Assembly (NCBI GenBank): GCA_027317865.1
Contig: DAHVQG010000005.1
Location: forward strand, 64,001 to 128,000
Direction of reading: 5' to 3'
Origin: Bdellovibrionales bacterium
GTDB lineage: Bacteria > Bdellovibrionota > Bdellovibrionia > Bdellovibrionales > UBA1609
DNA length: 64,000 nucleotides
The notes under the pieces are model-generated. The model saw nothing but the letters and a program-made list of their open reading frames with translations, was not told the DNA's origin and did not search any database. Shown here in pieces: positions 19,939 through 30,061 of the stretch (positions are counted from its first letter, which is position 1; every line of letters starts with the position of its first letter). Position numbers and translations under genes: made by a program.

Positions 19939-20450
19939 TTGCCCGCCGCTTCTAAATCGTGCTCTAACGGCAGATGTTCTGAAGCGGGAACACTTAATTC
20001 TTCTGCGCGCCGGTTCGCCTCCGCCACCAACATGGCTTGGTAGCTTCGACCCCAATTGGCCAATTCTCGAAGCGCAGGTTCAAGCGAGCGCCCCAAACTG
20101 GTGAGCGAATATTCAACGCGCGGCGGGACTTCATAAAACATTTTGCGGTCGATTAAACCGTCGTGCTCGAGCTCTCGCAACTGTTGGGCAAGCATTTTAA
20201 CTGTGATCCCTTTGATTTCACGTTTGAGCTCGCCAAAGCGTTTTTTGGACTCGCGTAACCGCCAGATTATCACGGGCTTCCATTTGCCGCCGATAAGCCG
20301 AATGGCAAGTTCCACGGGGCAGTGTACAGACGCTAACGCCCGCTTTGACCCGCCCGTTTTCATGCTTTTTACCAACGCAATTTCTTGTTCACTTAGCTTT
20401 TTGTTGCCTTCTGGGGGACAATTTGTGTTGCCTGTGCTGACGTCTAACAT
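19935..20450 (-). CDS. HxlR-family winged-helix regulator
   Basis: CPVE..IGGKWK, RFGEL, LRELE.DG and VPPRVEYSLT motifs; AAGGAG precedes ATG 20450. Confidence 0.9.
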   Translation of the reverse strand: MLDVSTGNTNCPPEGNKKLSEQEIALVKSMKTGGSKRALASVHCPVELAIRLIGGKWKPVIIWRLRESKKRFGELKREIKGITVKMLAQQLRELEHDGLIDRKMFYEVPPRVEYSLTSLGRSLEPALRELANWGRSYQAMLVAEANRRAEELSVPASEHLPLEHDLEAAGK

Positions 20451-20638
20451 CTGGTGTCTCCTTAATTTTTTCTTCTTATCATGTACTGGCGGAACAGTAT
20501 ATACAACAACTTTAGAAACAATTGAAAAAATAACCGTTGTAGTGGATGTTTGATAGCAAAATGTTTCTAACAGAGCTCTGCGTCGGCATGTTATAGCAAA
20601 TTGAAAGGCTCGAATACATTTTTGGGGGGGGATCAAAA

Positions 20639-22099
20639 ATGACGACGGCACCAACCGCAGCCGAAGCGGATTCCACAGGATTTTCGCTACCGCAACTTGT
20701 AGCCAATAAATTTCGTGACCGCGAGTTTTTCGGCCATCCCATAGGTTTGTATGTGCTGTTTCTAACTGAAATGTGGGAGCGGTTTTCTTACTACGGTATG
20801 ATTTCGCTGCTCGTCTTATACATGAACGAGTTTTTGTTGAAAGATCCCGCCCGAGCCCATCAGATTTTTGGTTATGTGGCTTTTGCCCATGTGATTACGT
20901 CTGTGTTCGGCAAATTGACGGCCCAGCAGATGAGTTCACAAATTTTCGGCCTTTACACTGGATTTATTTACGTCACGCCCATTTTCGGCGGCATGCTCGC
21001 CGACAAAGTTTGGGGTCAGCACAAGTGCATTTATTTGGGCGGGATTTTAATGGCTATCGGTCACTTTATGATGGCATTTGAAAGCTGTTTTTTGTTTGCA
21101 CTTTTATTTCTCATTCTCGGGTGTGGGGCGCTCAAACCGAACATTTCAACTCAAGTTGGTAATTTGTACCCCGAGGGTGATGAACGTCGCGATCGCGCCT
21201 TCACTATCTTTTATATGGGCATCAACCTTGGCGCGGTACTGTCGCCGCTTGTCTGCTGGACACTTGGAGTAGAGTTCGGTTGGGGCTACGGATTTTCTGC
21301 TGCCGGCGTTGGCATGTTACTCGGTTTGGTTATTTATTATCTGGGATCAGGGCTAGTACCACGTCATCCAGTTAAAACAAAAGCCGATATGGAAAAGGAA
21401 CTTGAAAATAAAGATGAAGCGAAAGAAGAAAAGCCACGCAAGAGGCCATTGACGAAACAAGAATGGTGGCAAGTTTGGGCTTTGGTAATTCTTTGTATTA
21501 CGAACATGGCGTTTTGGGCTGTGTATATGCAACAAAGTAACACGCTGATGTTATGGTCGGCACAACGGACGAACTGGCATTTTTGGATTTTTCACATTCC
21601 TCCGGGCTGGTATGCTAGTTTCAACCCCGCATTTATCATTCTATTCGCCCCGCTACTCGATATATTTTGGGGCTGGCAATCCGGGCGCGGCAAAGAGCCG
21701 TCAACCGTGATCAAGATGGGCATTGGCTGTCTGCTTTTGGGTTCGTCATACTTCATTATGATGGCGGCGGCACATTTTGTTCCGCCACACGAGCGCGGCA
21801 GTGTCATGTGGCTCGCGGCGACGACATGGGTTTTTACGATGGGCGAGCTCTATTTGTCACCGACGGGGCTTTCGCTTGTCACCAAAGTGGCACCAGGGCC
21901 ACTGCTGAATACCATGATGGGTTGTTGGTTTTTGTCGTATGCCGTTGGTGATTGGTTAGGTGGTGACATCGGCATGTTTTACAACGTGATGACCAAACAA
22001 CATTTCTTTTTGCTTTTGGCGGCCATCGGGATCATCACGGGCGTTATTTTCTTTTTGCTCAAACGACCGCTCAGTCGTAGCATACAGCAAGACATTTAA
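20639..22099 (+). CDS. POT/PTR-family di/tripeptide:H+ symporter
   Basis: GHP.GL, EMWERFSYYG (ExxER), KPN, FYMGINLG and GELYLSP motifs. Confidence 0.93.
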   Translation: MTTAPTAAEADSTGFSLPQLVANKFRDREFFGHPIGLYVLFLTEMWERFSYYGMISLLVLYMNEFLLKDPARAHQIFGYVAFAHVITSVFGKLTAQQMSSQIFGLYTGFIYVTPIFGGMLADKVWGQHKCIYLGGILMAIGHFMMAFESCFLFALLFLILGCGALKPNISTQVGNLYPEGDERRDRAFTIFYMGINLGAVLSPLVCWTLGVEFGWGYGFSAAGVGMLLGLVIYYLGSGLVPRHPVKTKADMEKELENKDEAKEEKPRKRPLTKQEWWQVWALVILCITNMAFWAVYMQQSNTLMLWSAQRTNWHFWIFHIPPGWYASFNPAFIILFAPLLDIFWGWQSGRGKEPSTVIKMGIGCLLLGSSYFIMMAAAHFVPPHERGSVMWLAATTWVFTMGELYLSPTGLSLVTKVAPGPLLNTMMGCWFLSYAVGDWLGGDIGMFYNVMTKQHFFLLLAAIGIITGVIFFLLKRPLSRSIQQDI

Positions 22100-22113
22100 C
22101 TTCAGGAGACCTC

Positions 22114-23496
22114 ATGTCTGATGCTGTATCTCATTCTCAAAACGGCGATCGCTCGGGCCAAACTACAAGCTTAACAAGACAGCTCGGTCTTTGGTCGGCT
22201 GTTTTCATGTGCATGGGCAGTGAAATAGGCTCAGGGATATTTTTGGTGTCAGCCGATATCGCAACGGCAATGAAATCGCCCATGGCCGGCCTAATGGTTT
22301 GGGTGGTAGCGGGTCTCATTTCACTGGCGGGGGCACTGATTTTTGCGGAACTCGGCACGATGTTCCCGAGTGCGGGAGGCGAGTACGTATTTTTGCGTGA
22401 AGCCTATCACCCGATATTGGCCTTTTTGTACGGCTGGACGCTAATTTTTGTTATTCAAGCCGGGACAATTGCGGGCCTGGCCGCCGCGTTTTCGCGGTTT
22501 ATGTTGCCGTTTTTACACCTTGGGCGATTCGGCCGCGAAATCGAATCTACAATTATAGTGGTTGTATTAACGCTGATGAATTTTGTCGGCATTAAGCGCG
22601 GGGCGCAACTCCTTGATGCGGTAACTTCATTTAAAGTTGTCGCAATCGTCGGGTTGATTCTATACGTTTTATTTGCGAGCCCGCATGGCACGGTTTCGCC
22701 GATTGATTTCAGTTTTGGCAAATCGACATTATCGGCGTTTGGCGTAGCACTTCTTGCGGCGTTTTGGGCTTATGACGGATGGTACTCGATTACATTTATC
22801 GCTGGAGAGATGAAAAATCCGGCACGCGACATTCCGTTGTCCTCGCTCATTGCCATTATCGGAACGGGTACGCTTTATATTTTGTGCTCCTATGTGTACT
22901 ACAAAGTTTTGCCAGTTTCGGCGATTGCACATTCGCATTACGTCGCGGCCGATGCCGTTCGCGTTTTGGGTGGCGATACGGCGGTTCGCATATTGGGTAT
23001 TGTCGTGTTAATTTCTGTGCTGGGTTGTTTGAATGCTTGCATTATATCAGGCGCACGCGTGATTTACGCGATGGCTAAAGATAACGTGCTCCCGCATGCT
23101 TTAGCTGTTGTTAATCCCAAAACTCATTCACCGAATCGAGCTCTGACTTTGCAAATGATTTGGAGTATTCTTCTTGTTTGGAGTGGCACCTATGATCAGC
23201 TTTTTACTTACGTCATCGTCGCGGGCTTTATATTTTACGGTCTTACCGCTTCGGCTGTTTTGTGGCTACGCAGAAAAAGACCGAATCAAAATCGACCGTA
23301 CAAAGTGCCGCTTTATCCGATTTTGCCGCTCGCATATGTGCTATTCACAATTGTCTTTACGGTGAATTCGTTTGTTGAAAAGACAAAAGAATCATTTGCC
23401 GGATTGTTGATTGTCGCGACCGGTTTGCCTGCCTATTACATCATGAAGAAGCTTGCCGCTCGTCGTGCCGAACAAAATGCCGCGACCCCAAGTTAA
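22114..23496 (+). CDS. APC-family amino acid permease (LAT/SteT-like)
   Basis: IGSGIF, AELGTMFPSAGGEY, WAYDGW, EMKNP and RPYKVP motifs. Confidence 0.92.
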   Translation: MSDAVSHSQNGDRSGQTTSLTRQLGLWSAVFMCMGSEIGSGIFLVSADIATAMKSPMAGLMVWVVAGLISLAGALIFAELGTMFPSAGGEYVFLREAYHPILAFLYGWTLIFVIQAGTIAGLAAAFSRFMLPFLHLGRFGREIESTIIVVVLTLMNFVGIKRGAQLLDAVTSFKVVAIVGLILYVLFASPHGTVSPIDFSFGKSTLSAFGVALLAAFWAYDGWYSITFIAGEMKNPARDIPLSSLIAIIGTGTLYILCSYVYYKVLPVSAIAHSHYVAADAVRVLGGDTAVRILGIVVLISVLGCLNACIISGARVIYAMAKDNVLPHALAVVNPKTHSPNRALTLQMIWSILLVWSGTYDQLFTYVIVAGFIFYGLTASAVLWLRRKRPNQNRPYKVPLYPILPLAYVLFTIVFTVNSFVEKTKESFAGLLIVATGLPAYYIMKKLAARRAEQNAATPS

Positions 23497-23511
23497 GGGC
23501 GCGCGGCATTT
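23475..23511. terminator. Possible bidirectional terminator hairpin between convergent genes
   Basis: AAATGCCGCG...CGCGGCATTT, a 10-bp inverted repeat spanning the permease stop. Confidence 0.4.
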
Positions 23512-23521
23512 AAATAGAAAA

Positions 23522-24130
23522 TTACTTCGTAAGACCTTCAGCTTTTAGTGCCGACTGAACCGCAGGGGTTGTCGATACTTTTTCGACATAGCCCATAAGA
23601 TTCGGCCATTTTGTAAGATCAAATTTAACAGCGCGTGACCAATTGAGAACTGTCCACATGTAGGCGTCGCACACAGAGAATTGTGAGCCCATTAAAAATT
23701 GACCCGGTTTTATTTGGCCATTTACCCATTCTAATCGATTCGTTAATCGTTCGTGTGCAGCCTTTTTGGTTGCCTCGGGCAAATCTTTGCTCCACAGGGG
23801 GCTATAGCTTTTGTGAATTTCAGTTGCTATAAAGTTGAGCCATTCTTGCGCTTTGTAACGCTCCCATGTTCCATTTTTTGGCAGCAATTTTTTTTCAGGG
23901 GCTTGATCGGCGATGTATTGAAGGATAGCGGCTCCTTCAGTTAAAATTTGACCCTCATTTGTTTCAAGGCAGGGAACGTATCCTTTGGCATTGATTTTCG
24001 TATAATCTTTGCCGGACTTTGTTTTCTTTGCTTTCGTGTCGACTTGCTCAACTTCAAACTTCACGCCTGAAGCGAAAAGAGCAACATGCGATGCGAGCGA
24101 ACATGCGCCGGGAGAGTAGTACAGTTTCAT
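23522..24130 (-). CDS. gstA: Glutathione S-transferase (beta class)
   Basis: MKLYYSPGACSLA, GYVP, LTEG.AI and EIHK motifs. Confidence 0.93.
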   Translation of the reverse strand: MKLYYSPGACSLASHVALFASGVKFEVEQVDTKAKKTKSGKDYTKINAKGYVPCLETNEGQILTEGAAILQYIADQAPEKKLLPKNGTWERYKAQEWLNFIATEIHKSYSPLWSKDLPEATKKAAHERLTNRLEWVNGQIKPGQFLMGSQFSVCDAYMWTVLNWSRAVKFDLTKWPNLMGYVEKVSTTPAVQSALKAEGLTK

Positions 24131-24280
24131 TTCTAACTCCTTTTTTGATTGTTGGAGCTATGATGCTGCGGCTGAACTCACGGCTTCACAAGTCCTGCTG
24201 GCGTGCAATGGCTGGCCTGCGAAAAATTGCCGCGTATCATTGTTACGTTGGCGTTACGCGATAATATAAAAATCAGCGCG

Positions 24281-24832
24281 TCAATTTCGGCTGACGAACG
24301 CATTGTTGCGAATCCAAAATCGTAGCGGCCAATCGCGAGCCTCTTGAGCATAGTCGATTCCGATGCGCGGTCCGCGTTTTATATCGCATTTATGAATATT
24401 AATTCCGATATCTTCAATAAATATAGGTGGAGCGTTTAGCGGCAAACCGTTTAACGGTTTTGCAATTTTAAGCTCTCGGCAGAGTTTACCTGGACCATTT
24501 GTGGGATTTTCTATGTCCATCGTTGGCTGAATCGCACGAATGAGTACGGCTTCGGGTCTTGTTTCGTCGCCGCATACCACATTAAAACAATGGTACATGC
24601 CGTAAATAAGATAAATGTAAGAATGGCCACCGGGGAGATAGAATGCTTTGGTCCGTTCTGTTTTTCTTCCACCGTAGGCGTGGGCGGCTTTATCTTTGAG
24701 GCCCAAATACGCTTCAGTTTCAACAATAATTCCAGATAATTTTTTCCCTCGCCAGATGCGCGTGAGTTGCTTGCCCAACAGTTGTTCGGCCACGGTTTTG
24801 GTCGGTTGCATGTAAAAATCATTTGGGAGCAT
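24281..24832 (-). CDS. mpg: DNA-3-methyladenine glycosylase (AAG/MPG family)
   Basis: IVETEAY, YLIYGMY, AVLIRA, GPGKLC and RIGI motifs. Confidence 0.93.
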   Translation of the reverse strand: MLPNDFYMQPTKTVAEQLLGKQLTRIWRGKKLSGIIVETEAYLGLKDKAAHAYGGRKTERTKAFYLPGGHSYIYLIYGMYHCFNVVCGDETRPEAVLIRAIQPTMDIENPTNGPGKLCRELKIAKPLNGLPLNAPPIFIEDIGINIHKCDIKRGPRIGIDYAQEARDWPLRFWIRNNAFVSRN

Positions 24833-24955
24833 AACGTGTTTGTAATAGCCCGCAAACTATTGATAGACAACGGACGGCGTCTGTCGTAACTCTTTAGCCC
24901 AACATACGCGAGCCATCTAAGCTTTGCTGGGGGAGCATTATGCGGCGGGGTTATT

Positions 24956-25915
24956 ATGCGTAGCATTTCAATGACCGATGAAAATGGACAAGCTCTTGCA
25001 ATTGTCGTCCCACCTATAGATGAAGTGGGGGCGACCGAGCGCGCTCAATTTTTTACCACCCGAAGTATCAAAAAAGACTCAAAGGTACGTGCACTCTATC
25101 TCGCGATTTCAATGTGTGACCTTACTACGCTCGAAGGCGCGGATACTCCCGGTCGAGTACGGCAGCTTTGCGAAAAGGCTCGGCATCCTGTGCCTCCAGA
25201 CATTTTTAATGAAGCAGCGAAACTTAAGGATTTTCCACCAATTCCGTCTGTTGCGGCCGTCTGCGTTTATCCGGCCATGGTTTCGGTTGCGGTCAAAGTG
25301 CTTGCGGGTTCGGGCATTCACGTGGCGTCGGTCGCAACGGCTTTCCCGTCTGGGCAATCACCACTTTCAACGAAAATTGATGAAACGCGATATGCGGTTG
25401 CAAAAGGCGCCGACGAAATCGACATGGTTATCAATCGTGGTGCGTTTTTGTCTGGTGATTATCAACAAGTGTTTGATGAAATCGCCGCGGTTAAAGAGGC
25501 ATGTGGCACCGCTCATCTTAAAGTCATATTAGAGACTGGAGAACTCGGGTCTCTCGATCGCGTGCGACTGGCGTCTGAAATTGCGATGCATGCCGGGGCA
25601 GATTTTATAAAAACATCAACGGGTAAAATTCAACCGGCAGCAACCCTTCCGGTCACGCTCGTTATGCTTCAAGCAATCGCCGATTTTTACCATAAAACGG
25701 GCAAAAAAATCGGCATGAAACCAGCCGGTGGCATTCGAACGGCCAAGCAAGCCATTCAGTATTTGTGCATGGTGAATGAAACATTAGGAGCTGAATGGCT
25801 TACTCCACAACTATTTCGATTTGGTGCAAGCTCAATGCTGAATGACATATTGAGGCAAATATTTAAAGAGGCAACGGGCCGTTACTACTACGACCGCGTA
25901 TTTTCATTGGATTGA
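24956..25915 (+). CDS. deoC: Deoxyribose-phosphate aldolase
   Basis: DLTTL, AAVCVYP, GADEIDMV, LKVILETGEL, FIKTSTGK, KPAGG and RFGAS motifs. Confidence 0.95.
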   Translation: MRSISMTDENGQALAIVVPPIDEVGATERAQFFTTRSIKKDSKVRALYLAISMCDLTTLEGADTPGRVRQLCEKARHPVPPDIFNEAAKLKDFPPIPSVAAVCVYPAMVSVAVKVLAGSGIHVASVATAFPSGQSPLSTKIDETRYAVAKGADEIDMVINRGAFLSGDYQQVFDEIAAVKEACGTAHLKVILETGELGSLDRVRLASEIAMHAGADFIKTSTGKIQPAATLPVTLVMLQAIADFYHKTGKKIGMKPAGGIRTAKQAIQYLCMVNETLGAEWLTPQLFRFGASSMLNDILRQIFKEATGRYYYDRVFSLD

Positions 25916-25926
25916 GGAACTTAAAA

Positions 25927-27450
25927 ATGACCACCAAACGTGCGCAGAAAAAAAGCAGTCCGGCTGTCACCTCGATCACCCAAAAGACACGCTTAAGCGG
26001 CGCAGAAGCGCCTCGCTTCGAATATGCTCCTTCAGTGCAATCTTCTGATTTTGTGCAGATCGAAAAGCGAAATGGGTTATTTATCGGCGGCAAATTTGTC
26101 GAACCGAAAAGCGGCCGTTATTTTGCGACCATTAATCCGGCTACGGGAGAAAAGCTTGCCGAAATATCAGAAGCAAGTGCCGACGACGTAGATCTAGCCG
26201 TTAAAACGGCACGCAAGGCGTACGTAAACGTTTGGTCGAAAATAAGCGCAAAAGAGCGCGGGCGCTATTTGTTTCGAATTGCGCGGCTCATTCAAGAACG
26301 CTCTCGTGAACTAGCTGTTCTTGAAACAATCGATAATGGCAAGCCGATTCGCGAATCGCGAGATGTTGATGTTCCTCTTGTGGCGGCGCATTTTTTCTAC
26401 CATGCCGGCTGGGCGGATAAGCTTCACTACGCTTTTCCGGGTCAAACGCTTGCTCCACTCGGGGTAGTTGGGCAGGTAATACCCTGGAATTTTCCGCTTC
26501 TCATGGCGGCGTGGAAGATCGCACCGGCGCTTGCGTGCGGTAATACAGTTGTACTTAAACCGGCAGAGACAACGTCGCTATCGGTTCTGAGGCTCGCTCA
26601 AATCTTTCAAGAAGCAGGGTTGCCAGACGGGGTGGTGAACTTAGTCACTGGCGCGGGGGCTACGGGTTCGGCCCTGGTTGGTCATTCTGACATTAATAAA
26701 GTCGCGTTTACCGGTTCAACTGAGGTTGGCAAAATCATTGCGCGCGCGGTTGCTGGGACAAATAAGCGGTTGACGCTTGAATTGGGCGGTAAGTCTGCCC
26801 ATATTATTTTTGAAGACGCGGCGCTCGATCAGGCCCTTGAGGGTGTGATAAACGGAATTTATTTTAATCAAGGTCACGTTTGCTGCGCGGGCTCGCGGCT
26901 TCTTCTTGAAGAATCAATCGCAAAAGATTTTATTGATAAACTCAAAAGAAGATTAACGAAGCTTCGCGTTGGCAATCCGCTTGATAAAAATACCGATATT
27001 GGCGCGATTAATTCTGAAGGCGAATTGAAAAAAATCAAAAAACTGATTCAACTCGGGTGCGATGAGGGCGGCGAGCTCTACGAGCCGAAGACCTGCAAAA
27101 TTCCTGAAAAAGGCTATTTTCAACGGCCGTGTTTTTTTTCAAACGTGTCATCGAGTTTTACTTTGAGCCGCGTTGAAATATTTGGCCCGGTTCTCACTAT
27201 ATCAACGTTTCGCACTCCACAAGAAGCCGTATTGAAAGCAAACGATACGCCGTATGGTTTAGCGGCTGGGGTGTGGTCTGAAAAAGGCGCCAAAATTCAT
27301 AAGGTGGCAGGCGCGCTTAAGGCGGGCGTAGTTTGGGCCAACACATATAATAAATTCGATCCATCCGCTCCGTTTGGCGGGTACAACGAAAGTGGCTGGG
27401 GACGCGAGGGCGGCCGTCATGGACTAATGGCTTATCTTGATGTGAAGTAG
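25927..27450 (+). CDS. Aldehyde dehydrogenase, complete catalytic chain
   Basis: IPWNFP, KPAE, FTGSTEVG, LELGGK (Glu), VCCAG (Cys) and EIFGPV motifs. Confidence 0.93.
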   Translation: MTTKRAQKKSSPAVTSITQKTRLSGAEAPRFEYAPSVQSSDFVQIEKRNGLFIGGKFVEPKSGRYFATINPATGEKLAEISEASADDVDLAVKTARKAYVNVWSKISAKERGRYLFRIARLIQERSRELAVLETIDNGKPIRESRDVDVPLVAAHFFYHAGWADKLHYAFPGQTLAPLGVVGQVIPWNFPLLMAAWKIAPALACGNTVVLKPAETTSLSVLRLAQIFQEAGLPDGVVNLVTGAGATGSALVGHSDINKVAFTGSTEVGKIIARAVAGTNKRLTLELGGKSAHIIFEDAALDQALEGVINGIYFNQGHVCCAGSRLLLEESIAKDFIDKLKRRLTKLRVGNPLDKNTDIGAINSEGELKKIKKLIQLGCDEGGELYEPKTCKIPEKGYFQRPCFFSNVSSSFTLSRVEIFGPVLTISTFRTPQEAVLKANDTPYGLAAGVWSEKGAKIHKVAGALKAGVVWANTYNKFDPSAPFGGYNESGWGREGGRHGLMAYLDVK

Positions 27451-27456
27451 GTAAAT

Positions 27457-28356
27457 ATGGCAAGTTTAGTTTCGCAAGGCGAGAGAGTTCCGAAAACGCT
27501 TAAACTTTTTATCGGCGGTGAATTCCCGAGGACAGAATCGGGGCGAAGCTTTCCGGTTTATGATCAAGACTCAAAAAAAGTTTTTGCGCAATTGTGCCAG
27601 GCTTCGCGTAAAGATTTTCGAAACGCGATCGCGGCGTCACTAAAAGCGTGCGAGCAATGGCAACAGCGGACAGCTTACAATCGGGCTCAAATTCTCTACC
27701 GTATGGCTGAAATGACGGAGGGGCATCGCGAAGATATGGTTTCAGTTTTGAAAAGCACGAGTGGTGTAAATGCGCAAACCGCAGAAAATTCGATCGATCA
27801 GGTCGTCGACGCGTTTGTGTATTATGCCGGGTTTTGCGACAAATATTCGCAGTTGAGCGGTTGTGTAAATCCCGTGAATGGTCCACATCATGCGTTTACA
27901 ACTCCTGAGCCGGTTGGGTGTGTGGATTGTCTATTTGACGACGACATGGGCGCAGCAGCGGCGTTGCCATTAGTTGCGTCGACATTGGCATCGATTATTA
28001 CAAGCGGCAGTGTGGTAACGGCCCTTTTACCAACGGCCGCTGCGGCCCAAATTGCATCCCTTGGCGAAATTTTTGCGACATCTGATCTTCCGAAAGGAGT
28101 CGTTAATCTTTTAACCGGAAATCGCAGCGAATTGATTGATCACATGGCTTCTCATATGGAGGTTCAAAGCGTTTGCTACGTGGGTTCAGATCGCGCGGTT
28201 AAAGAAAAGCTTAAGACTCTCGGCGCTGAAAACATGAAGCGCGTTGTGTGGCGTGAGCTACACGCAAACGCAGCGGACACTAATGAAAATCTTCGTCTTG
28301 AAAACATTCTCAGTTTTGTCGAGTACAAAACCGTTTGGCATCCGGTCGGGAATTAA
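27457..28356 (+). CDS. Truncated ALDH-like protein (Rossmann part only, no catalytic domain)
   Basis: KLFIGG, YYAGFCDK, PEPVG, LPKGVVNLLTG and C-terminal KTVWHP motifs; lacks PWN, ELGGK and the catalytic Cys domain. Confidence 0.85.
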   Translation: MASLVSQGERVPKTLKLFIGGEFPRTESGRSFPVYDQDSKKVFAQLCQASRKDFRNAIAASLKACEQWQQRTAYNRAQILYRMAEMTEGHREDMVSVLKSTSGVNAQTAENSIDQVVDAFVYYAGFCDKYSQLSGCVNPVNGPHHAFTTPEPVGCVDCLFDDDMGAAAALPLVASTLASIITSGSVVTALLPTAAAAQIASLGEIFATSDLPKGVVNLLTGNRSELIDHMASHMEVQSVCYVGSDRAVKEKLKTLGAENMKRVVWRELHANAADTNENLRLENILSFVEYKTVWHPVGN

Positions 28357-28381
28357 AATATAACCCACAAATCGTTTGGCT

Positions 28382-29791
28382 TTACGGCGACGAGATCGGA
28401 TCCGAAAACCGCATCCGTTTATAAAGAGTTTTGCGATCGATACCCAATTCGCGGGCTGTCTTGTCTTTAGCGCCATCATTTTTTGAAACTGCGTATTCAA
28501 CATATTTTTGAATGACATCTTGAAGCCGCAAGAGATTTCCCGTGTATTTCACGACGAAATCGTCGCCGCCATAGGTGCTGACGCCTGATGGATTTGCCTC
28601 GATGACCAAATCGGGATTAGCCATCAAAAAATCGGAATATTTCACTTGGCTATCCGTAGCCATGACGACGGCCCGCTCAACAGCATTTTCGAGCTCGCGA
28701 ACATTACCCGGCCAAAGATATTCAAGCATAAATTTAATAGCTTCTTTCGAAAATGTACGCGCGGGTGACCCATTAACAGCGGCAAATTTTTTAAGAAAAC
28801 TTTCAGCTAACGGGAGAATGTCCTCGGAACGTTCGCGTAAAGGCGGCAAAGGAATTGGTATCACATTGAGCCTGTAGAATAAGTCGTCTCTAAACCGGCC
28901 AGCTACGATTTCTAGCGGTAGATTTTTATGAGTTGCCGAAATTACCCTGGCGTCTATGGCGCGCAACTGATTTTCGCCCACGCGCTGAATTTTCTTTTCT
29001 TGTAAGACTCGTAAAAGTTTTGCCTGAAGTTGAAGGCTAAGATCCCCAATTTCGTCTAGGAACAAAGTGCCGCCCTCAGCTTCTTCAAAAAGGCCCATCT
29101 TTTTTTCGTGAGCTCCGGTAAATGCTCCTTTGGCGTGGCCGAACAATTCGGACTCGAGCAGATTTTCTGGTATAGCCGAGCAATTAATGGCTACAAATGG
29201 CCCGGCCTTTCTTGGACTCTCGGCATGAATATAACGAGCCAGAACTTCTTTTCCTGTGCCGCTTTCGCCGTAAATAAAAACGTTGGCCGTGCTACGCGCC
29301 ACTCTTTTCGCTACTTGAAGGGCGCCAATGAATTTAGGGCTGCGGCCGATAATATTGTTGTAACTGCTTTCGGTTCCCTTGATATGTTGACGGAGTTCCG
29401 TAATGTCCTCTTTAAGCGAATTCAAATGCAGGGCGCGCTCGACTGAAACAAGAAGTTGCGGAAAGTGAAGTGGCTTAACCAAAAAATCGTATGCGCCTTT
29501 TTGAATGGCGATGACCGCATTTTCAACGGACTTTGAAACTGTGATTAGAATGATTGGTAAATCAGGTTTGATCTTCTTCATTTTTTCGATGAAATCAAAT
29601 CCTGACATTTGCGGGAGTTGTAAATCGGTAATGAGAACATCCCAATTAATTTCGTTACCTTTTTCTTGAACGGCGGACAAGGCGGATTCCGCGTCGCTGA
29701 AGCAGGTGACCTGGTACCCTTTTGGTTGGAAAAAGGCTTTTACAAGATCTAAAATGTCATTATCATCATCAACGATTGCGAGATTTTTCAA
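28382..29791 (-). CDS. NtrC-family sigma-54 response regulator (REC-AAA+-Fis HTH)
   Basis: DDD/TD/KP receiver motifs, GESGTGKE, GAFTGA, FLDEIG, WPGNVREL and LGIDRKTLY. Confidence 0.95.
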   Translation of the reverse strand: MKNLAIVDDDNDILDLVKAFFQPKGYQVTCFSDAESALSAVQEKGNEINWDVLITDLQLPQMSGFDFIEKMKKIKPDLPIILITVSKSVENAVIAIQKGAYDFLVKPLHFPQLLVSVERALHLNSLKEDITELRQHIKGTESSYNNIIGRSPKFIGALQVAKRVARSTANVFIYGESGTGKEVLARYIHAESPRKAGPFVAINCSAIPENLLESELFGHAKGAFTGAHEKKMGLFEEAEGGTLFLDEIGDLSLQLQAKLLRVLQEKKIQRVGENQLRAIDARVISATHKNLPLEIVAGRFRDDLFYRLNVIPIPLPPLRERSEDILPLAESFLKKFAAVNGSPARTFSKEAIKFMLEYLWPGNVRELENAVERAVVMATDSQVKYSDFLMANPDLVIEANPSGVSTYGGDDFVVKYTGNLLRLQDVIQKYVEYAVSKNDGAKDKTARELGIDRKTLYKRMRFSDPISSP

Positions 29792-29928
29792 TTGTCATAG
29801 CTCCGGTCTTCATTTTTGTTTTCAGCAGAAAATTATCACAGGTCCAATTTGTTCTCAATGTCTCGTACTTTTTGTGCACGTGAAAAGCTCGCCGATCAAT
29901 CAAATCATAACACGAACAAAATCCGCGA

Positions 29929-29944
29929 TGGAATCAAGCTTGCT
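29929..29944 (+). promoter_or_regulatory. Putative sigma-54 promoter upstream of the DUF1328 gene
   Basis: TGGAATCAAGCTTGCT = GG-N10-GC, divergent from the NtrC gene. Confidence 0.55.
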
Positions 29945-30061
29945 ATTTTCTGCATAAAACATTGGCGATTGAGAATTCAAATCAAGCCGGTGTTAAAAAA
30001 ATTAAATAACTGGTGCGGGTGGTATAAGGACTGAACGGCAACTGCGCACGAAGGAGAAAAA

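Noticed and set aside
24281-25915. mpg divergent from deoC as a DNA-degradation module
   Set aside because: Adjacency alone; no nuclease or nucleoside phosphorylase is present to support it.
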